Below are positions 28,815-32,000 of a stretch of 32,000 bases of DNA, one piece after another. Both the position numbers and the translations under genes were made by a program. This stretch comes from Candidatus Korarchaeum cryptofilum OPF8 (GTDB lineage Archaea > Korarchaeota > Korarchaeia > Korarchaeales > Korarchaeaceae), in the NCBI RefSeq assembly GCF_000019605.1, contig NC_010482.1, positions 1,500,001-1,532,000 of the forward strand. Direction: 5' to 3'. Every line of letters begins with the position of its first letter. The first letter of the stretch is position 1. The notes beneath the pieces are model-generated. The model was given only the letters and a program-made list of their open reading frames with translations, was not told the origin of the DNA and ran no database searches.

Positions 28815-31502
28815 ATGCAAGGGATAGAGGTAGAATTCCTGAGATCCAGGGGATACGTGAGGAAGAGATGCCCCAAGTGCGGCGAGTACTTCTGGACCCT
28901 GAAGGATAGGGAGACCTGCGGGGAAGCTCCTTGCGAACCTTACACGTTCATAGGCCGGGGTAGGCAGAACAAGAGCTTGGAGGAAGTCAGGGAGGATTTC
29001 CTGAGGTTCTTCGAGAGGAGGGGGCACACTAGGATAAACAGGTATCCAGTAATAGCGAGATGGAGGGAAGATCTATTCCTAACTAGCGCATCCATAGTCG
29101 ACTTCCAGCCTTTCATAACGGCTGGGATAGTCCCCCCTCCAGCGAATCCCCTGACTATATCCCAGCCATGCATAAGGCTCAAGGATATAGATAAAGTAGG
29201 GCCCACGATGGGGAGGCACCTCTCAATATTCGAGATGATGGCCCATCATGCTTTCAACACAAAGGATAAGTTCGTCTACTGGATAGATAGGACCGTTGAG
29301 CTATTCCATGAATATGCGACTAGCGTTCTAGGCATACCTGAGGAGGAGATAACTTACAAGGAGGGGATATGGGAGGGGGGAGGTAACGCCGGCCCTGATT
29401 TAGAGCCGATCGCCGGTGGACTGGAGATAGCTACGCTAGTCTTCATGCAGTACAGGATAGAGAACGGTAGCTATGTGCCCATGGACACTAGAGTAGTGGA
29501 TACCGGTTACGGCCTAGAGAGGATAACCTGGTTCCTCAGGGGGGATCCCACCGGATTCCATGCAGTTTATGGAGCTTTGCTGCATGAGTTCATGGATAAG
29601 CTCGGGGTGAGCGAGCCTGATTTATCTCTCCTCTCCGAGTACTCCAAGGTATCCTCAATACTCAGGGAGCTCGAGAAGGGGAGGAGCATCTCCTCCCTGA
29701 GGAGGGAGGCAGCCCTCCTAATAGGGGTAAGTGAGGAGGAACTGGAGGAGAAAATAGCACCTTTAGAGGCAGTATTCTCTCTCCTAGATCATACTAAAGC
29801 TCTCTCCTTCATGATAGCTGATGGTTTAGTTCCATCCAACGTCAACGAGGGCTACCTTGGGAGGCTCTTGATAAGGAGGAGCCTCAGGATACTCAACCAA
29901 TTGGGGAGCGAGGTCCCGTTATCCGAGCTGGCAGTTAGGCAAGCTGAGTACTGGTCCTCGAAGGGCTTCCCGGAGTTGAGGGAAGCGATAGACAGGATAG
30001 CTGAGATAGTCAGCATAGAGGAGGAGAGGTATAAGGAAGCTGTAGAGAGAGGGGCTAAGATAATCTCGGATTTGATGAGGGAGAAGGGAAGGCTAAGCGT
30101 AGATGATCTAATAATGCTCTATGATTCTCACGGCCTCTCCCCGGATATAGTGCGGAGGATAGCTGGTGATGTGGATGTCCCGGACAACTTCTTCGAGATG
30201 ATAGCTGCCAGGCATGAAGCCAGGAAGCCGGAGCCACCGAAGGTCTTCGAGAGGATGGATGAATTGAGGAGGTACCCACCAACTAAGCTCCTCTATTATC
30301 AGGATCCCTACCTCTTGGAGTTCGAGGCCAGAGTGCTGGGGTACGTAGATGGTAAGATGATCCTAGATAGGACCGCTTTCTATCCGGAGGGCGGGGGTCA
30401 GCCCTCAGATATCGGCTCCTTTGAATGGAGGGGGATCGAGGTCAAGGTAGTGGGGGCCGAGAAGCATGGAGGATGGATCCTCCACTCGGTGGAAGGGGAT
30501 CTACCCCCCGCCGGCGAGGTGGTAAGAGCTAGGGTGGATAGCTGGAGGAGACTGAACAGGATGAGGCATCATACAGCCACTCACGTCATACTTGAGGCAG
30601 CTAGAAGGGTCCTGGGCTCTCACGTCTGGCAGTGGGGGGCTCAGAAGGGGGATGAGGAGAGCAGGCTAGATATAACGCACTACAAGGGAATAAGTCAGGA
30701 GGAGCTCAGGAGGATAGAGATGTTAGCTAATGAAGTGGTGATGAGGAACATCCCAGTCAGGACCCTCTGGCTCGTCAGGACCGATGCTGAGAGGAGGTAC
30801 GGTTTCACCCTCTATCAAGGTGGCGTCGTACCCGATCCAGTCCTCAGGGTGGTCGAGATAGAGGGCTTCAACGCTCAAGCTTGCGGGGGGACTCACGTCC
30901 TCAGGACAGGGGAGATAGGGCCTATAAAGATATGGAGGGCTAGGAAGATACAGGATGGGGTAATAAGGCTGGAGTTCTCAGCGGGGGTTCCGGCAGTAAA
31001 GAGAATCATAGATTACCACCAGAAGATAAAAGATATAGCTCAGAGTGCCGGGATAAGCGAGGAGGAGATAGATACCTTCTTCAGAGGGATGATGGAGGAG
31101 CTGAAGGAGCTGAGGAAGGAGAGGAGGAGGATGATGAAGGAAGCTGAGGAAAGATCCATCGAGAGGGCTCTAGAGGCCTATGAATCAACTGGGAGGCATA
31201 AGCTCTCCATAGTTAGGCTGGAGAGCATAGGGATAGATGAGGGAATAAAGCTCGCTGATAAGCTGTCATCGGACAGGAGGATCGTATTGCTAACTAAGGA
31301 ATCGGGCGATAGGGTTGAGCTAGCCCTACTAGCGACTAATTACGGGGAAGGGGAGGTAGATGCCGGTAGCTTGCTCAGGGAGCTATCCAGGGAGATGGGC
31401 GGTGGAGGAGGAGGGAACTGGAAGCTGGGGAAGGGATCGGTACCTAAGGATAGGCTAGATGAGTTCATGGGGGTGCTTAGGAAACGATTAGAAGGGATCT
31501 AG
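28815..31502 (+). CDS. alaS: Alanyl-tRNA synthetase, archaeal type (895 aa)
   Basis: Archaeal AlaRS N-terminal Zn motif RKRCPKCGEYFWT...CGEAPC. Class II core (RWREDLFLTSASI, GGGNAGP). Editing-domain motifs HHTATHV and CGGTHV. C-terminal DHHA1-like GGGGGG. Confidence 0.97.
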   Translation: MQGIEVEFLRSRGYVRKRCPKCGEYFWTLKDRETCGEAPCEPYTFIGRGRQNKSLEEVREDFLRFFERRGHTRINRYPVIARWREDLFLTSASIVDFQPFITAGIVPPPANPLTISQPCIRLKDIDKVGPTMGRHLSIFEMMAHHAFNTKDKFVYWIDRTVELFHEYATSVLGIPEEEITYKEGIWEGGGNAGPDLEPIAGGLEIATLVFMQYRIENGSYVPMDTRVVDTGYGLERITWFLRGDPTGFHAVYGALLHEFMDKLGVSEPDLSLLSEYSKVSSILRELEKGRSISSLRREAALLIGVSEEELEEKIAPLEAVFSLLDHTKALSFMIADGLVPSNVNEGYLGRLLIRRSLRILNQLGSEVPLSELAVRQAEYWSSKGFPELREAIDRIAEIVSIEEERYKEAVERGAKIISDLMREKGRLSVDDLIMLYDSHGLSPDIVRRIAGDVDVPDNFFEMIAARHEARKPEPPKVFERMDELRRYPPTKLLYYQDPYLLEFEARVLGYVDGKMILDRTAFYPEGGGQPSDIGSFEWRGIEVKVVGAEKHGGWILHSVEGDLPPAGEVVRARVDSWRRLNRMRHHTATHVILEAARRVLGSHVWQWGAQKGDEESRLDITHYKGISQEELRRIEMLANEVVMRNIPVRTLWLVRTDAERRYGFTLYQGGVVPDPVLRVVEIEGFNAQACGGTHVLRTGEIGPIKIWRARKIQDGVIRLEFSAGVPAVKRIIDYHQKIKDIAQSAGISEEEIDTFFRGMMEELKELRKERRRMMKEAEERSIERALEAYESTGRHKLSIVRLESIGIDEGIKLADKLSSDRRIVLLTKESGDRVELALLATNYGEGEVDAGSLLRELSREMGGGGGGNWKLGKGSVPKDRLDEFMGVLRKRLEGI

Positions 31503-31540
31503 TTGAGAGAGCTGCATATCCCGCGCTCCTCCTCTTCATA

Positions 31541-32000
31541 TTGGGTGTGCAAGATCCGATAGACTCGATAGCCAGGGCCCTCTCCCTCACGAGAGCGGAG
31601 AGAGTAGCCCTATCCAAGATAGTTAGATCCCCCGAGGAATCCCTGAGGAACTCGATGAAAGTAGTGCCCCCTCATATAGTCAAGGGGAGCGATCTCGGAG
31701 TGGATGGCTTCAACGTGATAATAACTGTCGAGAGGGCCCTAGCAGGGGATCCAGTCTACGTATGCACTGACGGCATAGTCAGGGATCTCAGCCTCTCCTA
31801 CTCCTCTTATAAACCCTCAGATCTATTCGATAGAGCTGTGGAGACGATAGCGGATACTGTAAGATCTATGAGCCCCGGGAGGGTCACTATATACCTCGAT
31901 TCCCCGATATCCAGGAGCGGGTTGATAGCTAAGAGGATAAGGGAGATAACATCCGAGGAATTTGAGGTTAAAACATCAAATAGAGTTGATTCTGAGATAT
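31541..32000 (+). CDS. Conserved hypothetical, DUF434-like N-terminus plus PIN/NYN-like domain (partial; continues past the window end; start uncertain)
   Basis: My own translation of the frame open from 31481 gives ...DSIARALSLTRAERVALSKIVRSPEESLRNSMKVVPPHIVKGSDLGVDGFNVIITVERALAGDPVYVCTDGIVRDLS...RVTIYLDSPISRSG. VDGFNVI is reminiscent of NYN/YacP-type nucleases. No ATG occurs before 31655; the first canonical alternatives are TTG 31541 and GTG 31547. Confidence 0.4.
   Translation, partial: MGVQDPIDSIARALSLTRAERVALSKIVRSPEESLRNSMKVVPPHIVKGSDLGVDGFNVIITVERALAGDPVYVCTDGIVRDLSLSYSSYKPSDLFDRAVETIADTVRSMSPGRVTIYLDSPISRSGLIAKRIREITSEEFEVKTSNRVDSEI

Noticed and set aside
1-32000. CRISPR arrays, IS elements, toxin-antitoxin pairs and defence systems.
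   Set aside because: I noticed no regularly spaced direct repeats, terminal inverted repeats with a transposase, or small paired ORFs. Nearly all sequence is accounted for by housekeeping or envelope genes.

Overview
Gene-dense archaeal chromosomal window, roughly 50% GC by eye, with AGG/ATA-rich hyperthermophile-style codon usage. (i) 1-7933, minus strand: RNA polymerase operon rpoH-rpoB-rpoA-rpl30e, with an unsplit rpoA. (ii) 8189-9012: an orphan 2-oxoacid:ferredoxin oxidoreductase gamma subunit and an Elf1-type zinc-ribbon factor. (iii) 9103-16437, plus strand: eight overlapping or abutting genes joining replication and translation, in the order PolD large subunit (DP2), small OB-fold protein, PCNA, PriL, PriS, GINS51/15-like, L44e, S27e. 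(iv) 16527-18833: a four-gene sulfur-trafficking cassette (TusA, SQR-family flavoprotein, DUF1641-like, divergent DsrE-like) located where S27e normally abuts aIF2-alpha. (v) aIF2-alpha. (vi) 19734-28426: a cell-envelope island with a Methanococcales/Thermococcales-type S-layer protein, two large proteins built as signal peptide + CARDB/COG1361-like repeats + C-terminal anchor (one also carrying an alpha/alpha-toroid prenyltransferase-like domain), a small membrane protein and tRNA-Arg(UCU). (vii) Stalk protein P1/L12, AlaRS and the start of a DUF434-like gene. PolD + Elf1 + unsplit rpoA + unsplit rpoB suggests a Korarchaeota-like (Ca. Korarchaeum-type) genome, which I cannot confirm without a database search. 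I saw no CRISPR array, transposase, integrase, intein or rRNA. Best follow-ups: the uncharacterised OB-fold protein translationally coupled to PCNA, the sulfur cassette interrupting a conserved cluster, and the envelope island with its distinctive promoter/leader. Nothing here is demonstrably a new system from sequence alone.
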